Positions 28,549 to 37,284 of a stretch of 64,000 nucleotides of DNA are shown here, piece after piece. Under the pieces are notes generated by a model. It saw only the letters and a list, made by a program, of their open reading frames with translations. It was not told where the DNA came from and made no database searches. Location: positions 34,170 through 98,169 of the forward strand of contig JAGRKE010000015.1 in NCBI GenBank assembly GCA_020442385.1, read 5' to 3'. The position numbers and the translations under genes were made by a program. How positions within the stretch are numbered: position 1 is the first letter of the stretch; each line of letters begins with the position of its first letter. This stretch comes from Alphaproteobacteria bacterium. GTDB lineage: Bacteria; Pseudomonadota; Alphaproteobacteria; Micavibrionales; Micavibrionaceae.

Positions 28549-29388
28549 ATGAAAATTCTTATTGTCGATCATGATGAAATGGCGGTGCAGCTTATAAAAT
28601 CAAAGCTGGAGCCCCTTGGGCATCAGGTCGTGGTTGAAAAGGCCAAAAACAACGCGGTGGACCGCGTGGCCGGTGAAAACTTCGATATCATCTTTCTCGA
28701 TCCCGCGCCGCTGACCTCCGCGCGTCCGATTGTTTTGAATATCCGCCGCAGCGTGCGCAACTTCCCGTACGTGATTTTGCTCTCCGCCAATGGATCGCGC
28801 GAAGAGGCGGTGAAAGCGGGCATGAATGATTATGTGGCCAAGCCGGTCGACCCGGACGCGCTGGCGGAAAAAATAGAAAACGCGCAGAGCCTGATCGAGC
28901 TTGTGGATCGCATCGGCGATGATTCAGAAGATTTCCCAAGCGCCGGGGGCGTGATTGCCAAATCTGCCTTTAATCAGCTTTTCCTCTCGGCGATTGACCG
29001 TGCGGACCGCTACGGCGAGAAAACCTATTTGCTGTTTATCTCGCTCAGTAATTATCAGGAGATTTTGGAGACGGACGGGCCGTACGCTGCCGATTACGCG
29101 GTGGCCAAGCTGTCGCAATATCTGGTGCTGCTGCGCCGCCAAAGCGATATTATCGGCCAGACGGCGAAATATGAATACACGCTGATGCTCCAGCGTCCGC
29201 AATATGAAACCGAGCCCCACGAAGCGGCCAGTCGCTTTGCCGATGCGCTCTCGGGCTATAAAGATCTCGCGTCTTCGGGCGTAACTGTGGCTGAAGTTAC
29301 TGTACGCCTTCTCGATATTCCGACAGGCCGTACAGTCGCCGAATACATCTTCACGCCCGGTGCGACCCAAAGCCAGAGTGCGGAATAG
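28549..29388 (+). CDS. response regulator: receiver domain + degenerate GGDEF-like domain
   Basis: 279 aa. REC motifs (ILIVDHDE, IIFLDP, YVAKPV). The C-terminal domain aligns with GGDEF folds but carries AKYEY in place of GGDEF. Confidence 0.8.
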   Translation: MKILIVDHDEMAVQLIKSKLEPLGHQVVVEKAKNNAVDRVAGENFDIIFLDPAPLTSARPIVLNIRRSVRNFPYVILLSANGSREEAVKAGMNDYVAKPVDPDALAEKIENAQSLIELVDRIGDDSEDFPSAGGVIAKSAFNQLFLSAIDRADRYGEKTYLLFISLSNYQEILETDGPYAADYAVAKLSQYLVLLRRQSDIIGQTAKYEYTLMLQRPQYETEPHEAASRFADALSGYKDLASSGVTVAEVTVRLLDIPTGRTVAEYIFTPGATQSQSAE

Positions 29389-29408
29389 ATTAATTAGGAA
29401 AAAATTCC

Positions 29409-29445
29409 TTGACACCTGTTATTGCCTGTTTTATAGAATAACAGG
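29409..29445 (+). promoter_or_regulatory. sigma-70-like promoter with overlapping 9-bp inverted repeat (operator-like)
   Basis: TTGACA 29409-29414, 17-nt spacer, TATAGA 29432-29437. The inverted repeat CCTGTTATT (29415-29423) / AATAACAGG (29437-29445) brackets the spacer and -10. Confidence 0.5.
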
Positions 29446-29473
29446 ATAAACACCACAAATCCGTGTGGAATGC

Positions 29474-29516
29474 GCCGTTCTTCGCCTTGGCCGAAGCGCG
29501 GCTTTTTTATTTTTTG
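29474..29516 (+). terminator. intrinsic terminator / attenuator hairpin upstream of 29537 ORF
   Basis: Stem GCCGTTCTTCG (29474-29484) / CGAAGCGCGGC (29492-29502), with one mismatch and one GU pair, followed by TTTTTTATTTTTT. Confidence 0.6.
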
Positions 29517-29536
29517 AAAAAGGAGAAACTTTCATC

Positions 29537-29872
29537 ATGTCTACATTTTTACCCCAAGATGCAAATAACTACCCGATCCCGGCGCTGCGCCTGAAAAATG
29601 GTGCGGCTCATGCGATTTCCGCGACTGCAACATCGGCGCGAAATTCCACGGCCTTTGATGGCGATACGCGCATCATCAGCCTGTATGCCACCAGCCCGGT
29701 TTTTGTGAAATTCGGCGATTCATCTGTCACGGCGACAACCAGTGACCATTATTTTCCGGCCGGGGTTTATTATGATCTGTCTATCGGCGGTGATACGACG
29801 GCGCAATATGGCTATGTTGCGGTGCTGGCCGCCGATACCGATGGCACGGTGTATGTGTCTGAGAAAGAATAA
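29537..29872 (+). CDS. hypothetical 111-aa beta-rich protein
   Basis: ATG 29537 is preceded by AAAGGAGA. The track start GTG 29465 would read through the terminator hairpin. Sequence: MSTFLPQDANNYPIPALRLKNGAAHAISATA... Confidence 0.6.
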   Translation: MSTFLPQDANNYPIPALRLKNGAAHAISATATSARNSTAFDGDTRIISLYATSPVFVKFGDSSVTATTSDHYFPAGVYYDLSIGGDTTAQYGYVAVLAADTDGTVYVSEKE

Positions 29873-29873
29873 A

Positions 29874-30467
29874 TCAGGCTGATTTTCTGGATTTCAGGGC
29901 CGTCGTTATGGTGCCATCGTCGAGATAATCCAGCTCTCCGCCCACGGGAACGCCATGCGCCAGATGGGTAATCTCTACGGATGTTCCGGCCAGCGTGTCG
30001 GAAATATAATGCGCCGTGGATTGCCCATCGACCGTGGCGGCGAGGGCGAGAATAATTTCCTGCACCTGCTCGGACTGGGCGCGGGTTTTCAATCCGGCAA
30101 TATTCAAATCATCCGGCCCGATCCCGTCCAGCGCGCTGAGCAACCCGCCCAGCACATGATATTGCCCGCGATACGCGCCTGTGCGCTCAATCGCCCACAA
30201 ATCACTGACCTGCGACACCACGCAAATCTTGCTTTGGTCGCGGCGGGCATCCTGGCAAATGCCGCACGGGTCATGGGAATCGAGATTGCCGCAAACATGG
30301 CACTCTTTAATCTCATCCGCGGCGCGCTCCAGCGTCTGGGCCAGCGGGCGCATCAGCGTATCGCGCTTATTCAATAAATGCAGGGCGATGCGCCGCGCGC
30401 TGCGATTGCCCAAACCGGGCAGCGTGGAAAGCGTCCTGATCAGATGTTGAAGTGGTCCGTCATTCAT
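29874..30467 (-). CDS. recR: recombination protein RecR
   Basis: 197 aa with zinc finger [16 protein letters not shown] and a Toprim region. Confidence 0.95.
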   Translation of the reverse strand: MNDGPLQHLIRTLSTLPGLGNRSARRIALHLLNKRDTLMRPLAQTLERAADEIKECHVCGNLDSHDPCGICQDARRDQSKICVVSQVSDLWAIERTGAYRGQYHVLGGLLSALDGIGPDDLNIAGLKTRAQSEQVQEIILALAATVDGQSTAHYISDTLAGTSVEITHLAHGVPVGGELDYLDDGTITTALKSRKSA

Positions 30468-31080
30468 TGAGTGTGCGCTCTTTATTTGGATCGACGTAAT
30501 TAAACAGCCCCGCCGGGTGCGTGATGCCGGTCTTTAGATAGAACAGCTCCACCTCCGTGATCAGGCCTTGCGCGTCGATCACCCGCCATTTTTTGAGCTG
30601 TAGCGGTTCTTCCGTAAAGGCCATCATCAATGTGCCTGCCGCCGGGTCGGCGCTTTGCGTCAGGGTCACTTGCAAATATCCGCCCGCGCGCTTGATGCTC
30701 TGTACTTTCACATCCCCGCTCAGCTTGATATCGCCGCGCAAAAGGAAATCGGCCAGCGTTTGGCCGATCGGCGCGTTGGTTTGCTCGCCCAGCTCCGCAT
30801 CATAGAAATAAATAAAGAACCCGTCAGCGACCACGAAATCCTCGATCGGCGGGTCATATTCAAAGCGTAATTTTCCGGGGCGCTCCAGATAAAACGTCCC
30901 GACCAGCTGCGTGCCGTCATGCGTGGTCTGAACAAAGCGCGCCTGCGCGGTTTTGAGCGTATCAAGATAGGCTTCAATCTTTGCGGCTTGCGCGGCTGTA
31001 TCCTCAACCGGCTCCATTTTGGCCAGCGCCGGCAGCGTGAAGGTCAAAACGACCATGCTCAGTAATATTAGAAATCTCAT
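30460..31080 (-). CDS. lolA: LolA-like outer-membrane lipoprotein carrier
   Basis: 206 aa with a signal peptide and [30 protein letters not shown]. Confidence 0.8.
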   Translation of the reverse strand: MRFLILLSMVVLTFTLPALAKMEPVEDTAAQAAKIEAYLDTLKTAQARFVQTTHDGTQLVGTFYLERPGKLRFEYDPPIEDFVVADGFFIYFYDAELGEQTNAPIGQTLADFLLRGDIKLSGDVKVQSIKRAGGYLQVTLTQSADPAAGTLMMAFTEEPLQLKKWRVIDAQGLITEVELFYLKTGITHPAGLFNYVDPNKERTLNE

Positions 31081-31174
31081 TCATAAGCCCTTTATGTTTG
31101 TCATGCTTATAAGATTATACGGTTTTAGAGGCTTTCAACCTTCGAATCCAGTTTTTTAAGTGCTGTTTTCACAT

Positions 31175-31241
31175 GGGCCCACTGGGCCCGGTTGAATGAA
31201 ATCAATATTTTACGGCGTATCACCGGGCCCGCGCGGGCCCG
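31175..31241. promoter_or_regulatory. two GGGCCC-core palindromes in the lolA / 31311 divergent intergenic region
   Basis: GGGCCCACTGGGCCC (31175-31189) and the perfect 18-bp palindrome CGGGCCCGCGCGGGCCCG (31224-31241). They are followed by TTGACA (31251-31256), 17 nt, then TATTTT. Confidence 0.35.
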
Positions 31242-31310
31242 TTTTGGTATTTGACAGCGCGCCTGTATTTTTCTATTTTCATATCAATCAACACTATTGA
31301 GTATGAGTTT

Positions 31311-31571
31311 ATGAAAGCTGAACAAACCCGCCAAGAAATTCGTGTCATCGTGCCACCCGCGCGTTTGGGGGATCATATCAAAGCGTTGCAGACGGAATTT
31401 CCGGGCTCCGACGCGGATGCGAAATTTTCTTTTGGTGGAAAGCCAACAGGAACGATTATTCGCTTTTTTGCTGCGGCCGCGGATCTGGATGGGCTGCAAG
31501 AGAGAATTGAAAAGGCAACGGGCTATAAAATGGCCAAGACGGATGAATATAATTTCACCGTATCTACTTAA
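31311..31571 (+). CDS. hypothetical 86-aa protein
   Basis: ATG 31311 (MKAEQTRQEIRVIVPPARLG...). The track start TTG 31251 coincides with a -35-like TTGACA and is unlikely. Confidence 0.5.
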   Translation: MKAEQTRQEIRVIVPPARLGDHIKALQTEFPGSDADAKFSFGGKPTGTIIRFFAAAADLDGLQERIEKATGYKMAKTDEYNFTVST

Positions 31572-34063
31572 ACGTCACTGAAATCACGCACCAGAATTTC
31601 GCGCTTACCCGTTGGGCTGGCTTTGGAAATAATGCCTTGGCGTTCCATTTCCTCGATAATGCGCGCCGCGCGGTTATACCCGATTTGCAGGTAACGCTGG
31701 ACGAAGCTGGTGGAGGCCTTGCCCTCGCGCGCGACCAGCGCGACCGCCTGATCATACAGCTCGTCAACCTCGCTGCCGCTGTCATTACCGCTGCCGCCGC
31801 CGAACATGGCGTTCATCACATCGCTATCGCCGAAATCGCCGTCCTCATCGGTGATGTCATCGATATATTGCGGCTGGCTTTGATTGCGCAGGAAGTCACA
31901 GACTTTTTCTACATCTTTGTCCGATACGAACGGGCCATGCACGCGGGTGATACGCCCGCCCGGTGCCATATACAGCATATCGCCCATGCCTAGAAGCTGC
32001 TCTGCCCCACCTTCACCAAGGATTGTGCGGCTGTCGATTTTCGAGGTGACAGAGAAAGAAATACGGGTCGGGAAGTTGGCTTTAATCACGCCCGTAATAA
32101 CGTCAACTGATGGGCGCTGCGTGGCCATAATCAAGTGAATTCCGGCGGCGCGCGCCATCTGCGCCAGGCGCTGAATGGCGGCCTCAACGTCTTTTCCGGC
32201 CACCAGCATCAAATCGGCAAATTCATCAACCACCACGATGATGTAAGGCAGCTCGGAAAGGTCCATCGGCTGCTCTTCAAAAACAGGTTTGCCCGTATCG
32301 GGATCAAAGCCGGTTTGAACGCGGCGCATTAAATTCTCGCCCTTCTTCGCGGCTTCGCGCACGCGCGCGTTATAGCCCTCAATATTGCGCACACCCAGTT
32401 TGGACATGGCGCGATAGCGGTCTTCCATTTCTTTGACCGTCCATTTCAACGCGACCACGGCTTTGCCCGGCTCGGTCACCACGGGTGAAAGCAAATGCGG
32501 AATATCGTCATAAACGGACAGCTCCAGCATCTTCGGATCAATCATGATAAAGCGGCATTTTTCCGGCGGCAGAGCGTAGAGGATCGAACAAATCATCGTA
32601 TTCACCGCAACCGATTTACCAGAGCCCGTTGTTCCGGCGACCAGAAGGTGTGGCATTTTCGCCAGATCGGCCAGAATGGGTTGCCCGCCAATATCCTTAC
32701 CCAGAATGAGCGGCAGCTTGGCCTTGGTTTTTTCGAACACGCCGGTCGAGAGCAGCTCTTGCATATACACGGTTTGGCGCACTTTATTGGGCAGCTCAAT
32801 CCCGATCACATTGCGCCCCGGCACAACCGCCACGCGCACGGATACAGCGGACATAGAGCGCGCAATATCATCAGCCAGTGAAATCACCCGGCTGGATTTA
32901 ACGCCCGGTGCGGGCTCCAGTTCATACAGCGTGACCACAGGGCCGGGATGAATGCTAACGATATCGCCCTCGATTTTGTAATCAGCCAAAACATTTTGCA
33001 AAAGCTCCGCATTCTTGCGCAGCGCTTCTTCATTCATGTGCGGCGCTTCGGTTTCCTCGGGTGGCTCCTGAATCAGGTTCAGCGGCGGGAATTCCCATTC
33101 GCCATTATCAAGGGAGAATTTTTGCTGACTGGGCGATTGCGATTTCTTCTCCGCCGCTGCCGCTTTTGGAGCAACGACAGGAATATTGGCTCTGGCCGCT
33201 GGCTCCGGCATTAGATCATCATCGTCTTCAGGATAATCGTAATCGCTTGCAGCAGGCGCGTCCGATATTGTCGGTGCACGGCGCTGCGGCGCTTCTTTCT
33301 TAAGGCGCGGCAGGGCAATATTCAAAGACGGGAATTGCGGGGTGTAGCTCTCATCATTGTAATGACGCACCCAGCCGATAAAGCCAAGAGCCATCGAATA
33401 GGTGAAGACCGCACCGGCGATCAACAGGTCTTTGGCTTTGATCAGAATGCTCAACATTTCTGATTTCGTGACGGCGCCTGCATAGGCGAAAGTGGCAAGG
33501 AAGAGCGCTGCTGCGATTCCCGGAATGCCGATATCGGCCAAGAAAGCCGAGCTGGAGCGGATTTTTTCAAGCAGGAGCGTTCCCGCGCTGGAACCCAGAT
33601 AGGGATGAACGGCCCATTCCCCGGCGGGAATTTGTGCCAGAGCGATAGACAGGCACAGCGTTGAAACCAGCAGGGCACAAGCGCGCAGCCAAAGCGGTGA
33701 TAAAATGTCGCGCCGCCAGCAACGCACGCCCCAAATGATAAATCCGAACGCGAGCGCCAAAGATCCGATCCCCATTGTCTGGAGTAAGAGGTCGGATATC
33801 CACGCACCTGTTGATCCGCCTAGATTGGTTATGTTCCCATCCGCCGCAGCCGTGTTCCAAGAAGGATCATTGTGATCGTAAGTGATCAGCGAGATCAGCA
33901 AGAACAACCCCGTTAAGGCGAGCGTTGCGGCAATAATATCCACCAGCCTGCGCGCAAGGAAAGCCTGCACCGGCACGGGCAGAAGGGAAACTAGAAAGCT
34001 ATTGGATGATTTTTTGCGCTTTTTGTTTTTAAGGGGGCGCTTGATTGTACGGGCTCGTGCCAT
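31568..34063 (-). CDS. ftsK: DNA translocase FtsK
   Basis: N-terminal TM domain, Pro-rich linker, motor with VAGTTGSGKSV Walker A, and a gamma winged-helix tail. The likely start is ATG 34063 (MARARTIKRP); the track start is 34153. Confidence 0.95.
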   Translation of the reverse strand: MARARTIKRPLKNKKRKKSSNSFLVSLLPVPVQAFLARRLVDIIAATLALTGLFLLISLITYDHNDPSWNTAAADGNITNLGGSTGAWISDLLLQTMGIGSLALAFGFIIWGVRCWRRDILSPLWLRACALLVSTLCLSIALAQIPAGEWAVHPYLGSSAGTLLLEKIRSSSAFLADIGIPGIAAALFLATFAYAGAVTKSEMLSILIKAKDLLIAGAVFTYSMALGFIGWVRHYNDESYTPQFPSLNIALPRLKKEAPQRRAPTISDAPAASDYDYPEDDDDLMPEPAARANIPVVAPKAAAAEKKSQSPSQQKFSLDNGEWEFPPLNLIQEPPEETEAPHMNEEALRKNAELLQNVLADYKIEGDIVSIHPGPVVTLYELEPAPGVKSSRVISLADDIARSMSAVSVRVAVVPGRNVIGIELPNKVRQTVYMQELLSTGVFEKTKAKLPLILGKDIGGQPILADLAKMPHLLVAGTTGSGKSVAVNTMICSILYALPPEKCRFIMIDPKMLELSVYDDIPHLLSPVVTEPGKAVVALKWTVKEMEDRYRAMSKLGVRNIEGYNARVREAAKKGENLMRRVQTGFDPDTGKPVFEEQPMDLSELPYIIVVVDEFADLMLVAGKDVEAAIQRLAQMARAAGIHLIMATQRPSVDVITGVIKANFPTRISFSVTSKIDSRTILGEGGAEQLLGMGDMLYMAPGGRITRVHGPFVSDKDVEKVCDFLRNQSQPQYIDDITDEDGDFGDSDVMNAMFGGGSGNDSGSEVDELYDQAVALVAREGKASTSFVQRYLQIGYNRAARIIEEMERQGIISKASPTGKREILVRDFSDV

Positions 34064-34351
34064 GAAAGTTACGCTCAGCAGGGGTTGAAAAATTAAGAAT
34101 AAGGAAGACCAGCGCGGGTGGCTGCCCCTAGAGGATAACAAATCCGTGGACATAAAAACAAGTAAAAGCCTGCGTAGCGCTTTAAATTTTAACCGTTTTT
34201 ATCGACCGGCGAGCGGTTTTCCCCAGCCTAAAAAATGCAATTGTACGCAATTAACCTTTTGTTAACCTTTCTCCCATAAAAAGCCCTGATAAAAGTACGA
34301 AAAAGTACTTTTTATGCGCGATGAGCCTCTTTTAAGACTGAGTTTAAACCT

Positions 34352-34723
34352 ATGAAATCACAAGCCAAAAGACTGACACACAAAATGTATATGATAAGCG
34401 ATGATGAAAATTACAAATATGATGTTTATATCTATCATCATCCGGCCAACACCAATGAAAAGCTGCAAGACTGGGAGCGCAAAAGCACGACCCAGAATTT
34501 GCACCGCGCGTTGATGAAGGCGAAAAAGCTCTATAAAAGCCGCAAATACCACAAGGTCGAGGTGACGAAGTGCAAGCTCGATTCAGAAGAGAATTGCGTG
34601 CGTTCATCCATATTCAGAGTTTACGAACCGGGGAGTGTCTTAAAGAAGGCTCTTTGGGGTTTAGGGGGCGCGGCTATCCTTTTAGGGGCCGCGCTTTTTA
34701 TAGCGCTTGTGTACGTGCTTTAA
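34352..34723 (+). CDS. hypothetical tail-anchored membrane protein
   Basis: 123 aa. Basic soluble part plus C-terminal TM LWGLGGAAILLGAALFIALVYVL. Confidence 0.5.
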   Translation: MKSQAKRLTHKMYMISDDENYKYDVYIYHHPANTNEKLQDWERKSTTQNLHRALMKAKKLYKSRKYHKVEVTKCKLDSEENCVRSSIFRVYEPGSVLKKALWGLGGAAILLGAALFIALVYVL

Positions 34724-35058
34724 TCCATTACGCCGAGGGGGTTTGTGCTGACAAGCTGTGCAACTTGATCAAAGACATTGGCGTTTTCTTCCATTTGCTC
34801 CTTGATTGGCTCGTTTTGTTCGGCCAGCGTTCTGAAGAACGCGGCGGCATCGGCCAGTAAACGTCCGGCCAATTCGGCATGGCTTTTGTCATTTATTGAA
34901 CCCTGCGGCTCTTGAACGATTAAGGCGGCCATTTGTTCAAACACACCGGCATTTTCCGTCATTTCTTTTTCAATCTCCGGATTTTGCTCAGAGAGTGTCT
35001 TAAAAAAGCCTGCGGCATCAATCAGAAGTTTTCCAGCAAGTTCAGCATGGGTTGGCAT
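34720..35058 (-). CDS. hypothetical protein made of two tandem ~53-aa repeats
   Basis: HAELAGKLLIDAAGFFKTLSEQNPEIEKEMTENAGVFEQMAALIVQEP is followed by HAELAGRLLADAAAFFRTLAEQNEPIKEQMEENANVFDQVAQLVSTNP. Confidence 0.6.
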   Translation of the reverse strand: MPTHAELAGKLLIDAAGFFKTLSEQNPEIEKEMTENAGVFEQMAALIVQEPQGSINDKSHAELAGRLLADAAAFFRTLAEQNEPIKEQMEENANVFDQVAQLVSTNPLGVMD

Positions 35059-35153
35059 GAAATTTAGTCCTTAAAGTTTATAGTGAAGTAAGCACATCTC
35101 ATCCACACTAGGGCATAGACGTGCGCAGAAAACAAGGCTTTTCACGAAAAACC

Positions 35154-36020
35154 TTAAGGGGCGTCAGCGCGTTTCTTATATGTCTTGCGAAATGGATGCG
35201 CGGGATAAGCGCCCAAAAACTGTACATCTTTCGCGTAAAAGCCCAGTTCTTCCAGGGCCAGCTTGAAAGGTTCGCTTTCGGGATGCCCTTCCACTTCGCA
35301 GTAAAACTGTGCGGCCTGAAAATTCTCATCGACGTAAGATTCAAGTTTGGCAAGGCTCAACCCGTTTGTCGCAAACCCGCCCAGACTTTTATACAGCGCG
35401 GCGGGGATATTGCGTACACCAAAGGTCAGGCTGGTGATGGTTTCATCTTCGGGATTTTTCGGCGTTTCCGGCTCGCGTGATAAAATCAAAAAGCGAGTGG
35501 TGTTGTGGTGCTCGTCCTGAATATTTTCCTGCAAGATATCTAAACCGTAAATCTCAGCTGCGAGTGAGGAGGCGATTGCGCCGTGCGCCTTATCTTGCAG
35601 GCGGGAAATCTCTTCCGCGGCGCCGGCCGTATCGGCATGAACATGGGCTTGCAGGCCGAGTTGTTTGATAATTTTCCGGCATTGCGGAATGGCGTGAACA
35701 TGGCTGTGCACATGCGTCAGATTCTTGATGTCTGCGCCTTTTACGCCCAGTAAATTATGTTCGATGGGCTGGAAATGCTCCCCGATGATGAACAGCCCGC
35801 TATTGGGCAGCAGGTGGTGAACATCGGCCACGCGCCCTGCGATTGTATTATCCACCGGGATCATCGCCAGATCGGCCTCTTTATTTTGAACGGCCAAAAA
35901 CGCATCATCAAAAGCATGACAAGGCACAGTCTCCAGATCCGGGAAGACCGTGCGGCACGACAGATCAGAGTAAGCGCCGTGCGCGCCTTGGAATGCGATT
36001 TTTTTATAAGCGTGTGGCAT
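35154..36020 (-). CDS. pheA: prephenate dehydratase (PDT + ACT)
   Basis: 288 aa with IAFQGAHGAYSD, TRFLILS and a C-terminal ACT-like region. Confidence 0.9.
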   Translation of the reverse strand: MPHAYKKIAFQGAHGAYSDLSCRTVFPDLETVPCHAFDDAFLAVQNKEADLAMIPVDNTIAGRVADVHHLLPNSGLFIIGEHFQPIEHNLLGVKGADIKNLTHVHSHVHAIPQCRKIIKQLGLQAHVHADTAGAAEEISRLQDKAHGAIASSLAAEIYGLDILQENIQDEHHNTTRFLILSREPETPKNPEDETITSLTFGVRNIPAALYKSLGGFATNGLSLAKLESYVDENFQAAQFYCEVEGHPESEPFKLALEELGFYAKDVQFLGAYPAHPFRKTYKKRADAP

Positions 36021-36187
36021 CTTTTGTGTCCTTGATTATGGGCCTGTAATTTGATTTCGGTCATTTTTAAGTTGAATGACTATAAGCAAACTGTATATGT
36101 ATGTCGACAAGCGCGGAAGGATTGTTATACTTTTTGTGCCTTTTGGTTTAGGTCAGTTTAAACGATAAGAAATATCATAGGTTTTAA

Positions 36188-36817
36188 ATGTCGAGCTTCG
36201 AATTTAATAAGATTTTTGCCGCTGTTCTGGTGGCCGGTATTGTGGCGATGTTGGGGGGATTTGTTGCGGAGTTGCTGATGCATCCGCACGAATTGGAAAA
36301 GAACGCGGTCGAGATTGATGGCGGTCCTGTTGCCTCCGGCGGCGGCGCGGCGGAAGCCATGCCTGAGCCCATCTTAAGTTTGATTGCCGATGCTGATATT
36401 GCCAAAGGTGAAAAACTTTCCAAGGCTTGTGCGGCTTGTCACTCATTTGAGAGTGGTGGTCCGGCGAAGGTTGGTCCGAATCTTTACGGTGTTGTTGGCC
36501 GTGCGAAAGGCAGCAAAGCCGGATTTGAATATTCTGCTGGCATGAAAGCCGTTGGCGGATCATGGACATACGCTGATTTGAACAAATTTCTATGGAAGCC
36601 GAAGAAATTCGTTGCTGACACAAAGATGAACTATATCGGCTTGAAAAAGCCCGAAGACCGCGCGGCGATGATTGCATGGCTCAGAACGCTTGGATCATCT
36701 GCGGCGCTACCGACGCAAGGCCAGATTGATGCTGAAATGGCTGAGCTTGCAACGCCTGAAGCGGAAGAGCCGGCTTCTGAGGGTGCGCCGTCCGAAGAAG
36801 CGCCAAGCGCGCACTAA
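36188..36817 (+). CDS. membrane-anchored c-type cytochrome
   Basis: 209 aa with an N-terminal TM, heme motif CAACHSF, distal Met region and an acidic Pro/Glu tail. Confidence 0.85.
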   Translation: MSSFEFNKIFAAVLVAGIVAMLGGFVAELLMHPHELEKNAVEIDGGPVASGGGAAEAMPEPILSLIADADIAKGEKLSKACAACHSFESGGPAKVGPNLYGVVGRAKGSKAGFEYSAGMKAVGGSWTYADLNKFLWKPKKFVADTKMNYIGLKKPEDRAAMIAWLRTLGSSAALPTQGQIDAEMAELATPEAEEPASEGAPSEEAPSAH

Positions 36818-36834
36818 GCGGCGTTATTTGGGTT

Positions 36835-37284
36835 TTATCCGGCTTTTTGTTCCCAGCCTTTATTCCCCTGTTGCCAATAGGTGATATCATGGCCTTGGTC
36901 CTGATAGGCTTTCCAGCGCGCCCGTGCCTGAGAGACCGCCGTTTCATCCAGCCCATTAAACAGCTCACAACACAGGCCGTATGTGCCGATATTCTCACTG
37001 GTGGCACCGCCGGTTAAGATCAAAACATCTGCGCTATTCGGGTTTTCATCGTCACTGGTGAGCCAAATTGGTTGCAACTCGGCATGGCCGTCTTTTTTTG
37101 ACCCGTGCGGCAGGAAGCTGTTGGGATTGTAGGTCCACAAATAATCATTCAAACGCTCGGCCATATGATCATCGGGCGTTTTGACCAAAATGCGGTGACC
37201 ATTCTCCAGCGCCTTGCCCAAAAGAGCTGGTAGAACCTGCTCCAGGCTTTGGCGTTCCAGATGATAAAAGCGTACTTCACTCAT
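36835..37284 (-). CDS. holC: DNA polymerase III chi subunit
   Basis: 149 aa with MSEVRFYHLERQSLEQVLPALL...DYLWTYNPNSFLPHG. Confidence 0.9.
   Translation of the reverse strand: MSEVRFYHLERQSLEQVLPALLGKALENGHRILVKTPDDHMAERLNDYLWTYNPNSFLPHGSKKDGHAELQPIWLTSDDENPNSADVLILTGGATSENIGTYGLCCELFNGLDETAVSQARARWKAYQDQGHDITYWQQGNKGWEQKAG

Noticed and set aside
29465-29536. Track start (GTG 29465) for the 29465-29872 ORF. The same applies to the 5-prime extensions of the track ORFs 20778-21374, 26579-27685, 31251-31571, 31568-34153, 42370-43158, 53381-53839 and 55251-55931.
   Set aside because: The extensions read through a terminator hairpin or a promoter-like element, add non-homologous residues in front of conserved N-termini, and use TTG/GTG starts. 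Internal ATGs with an RBS give normal-length proteins.
34289-34314. AT-rich inverted repeat AAAAGTAC-N6-GTACTTTT between ftsK and the 34352 gene.
   Set aside because: It is a short, all-AT-rich stem in a divergent promoter spacer. It could be an operator, but it is indistinguishable from chance in AT-rich DNA without conservation data.
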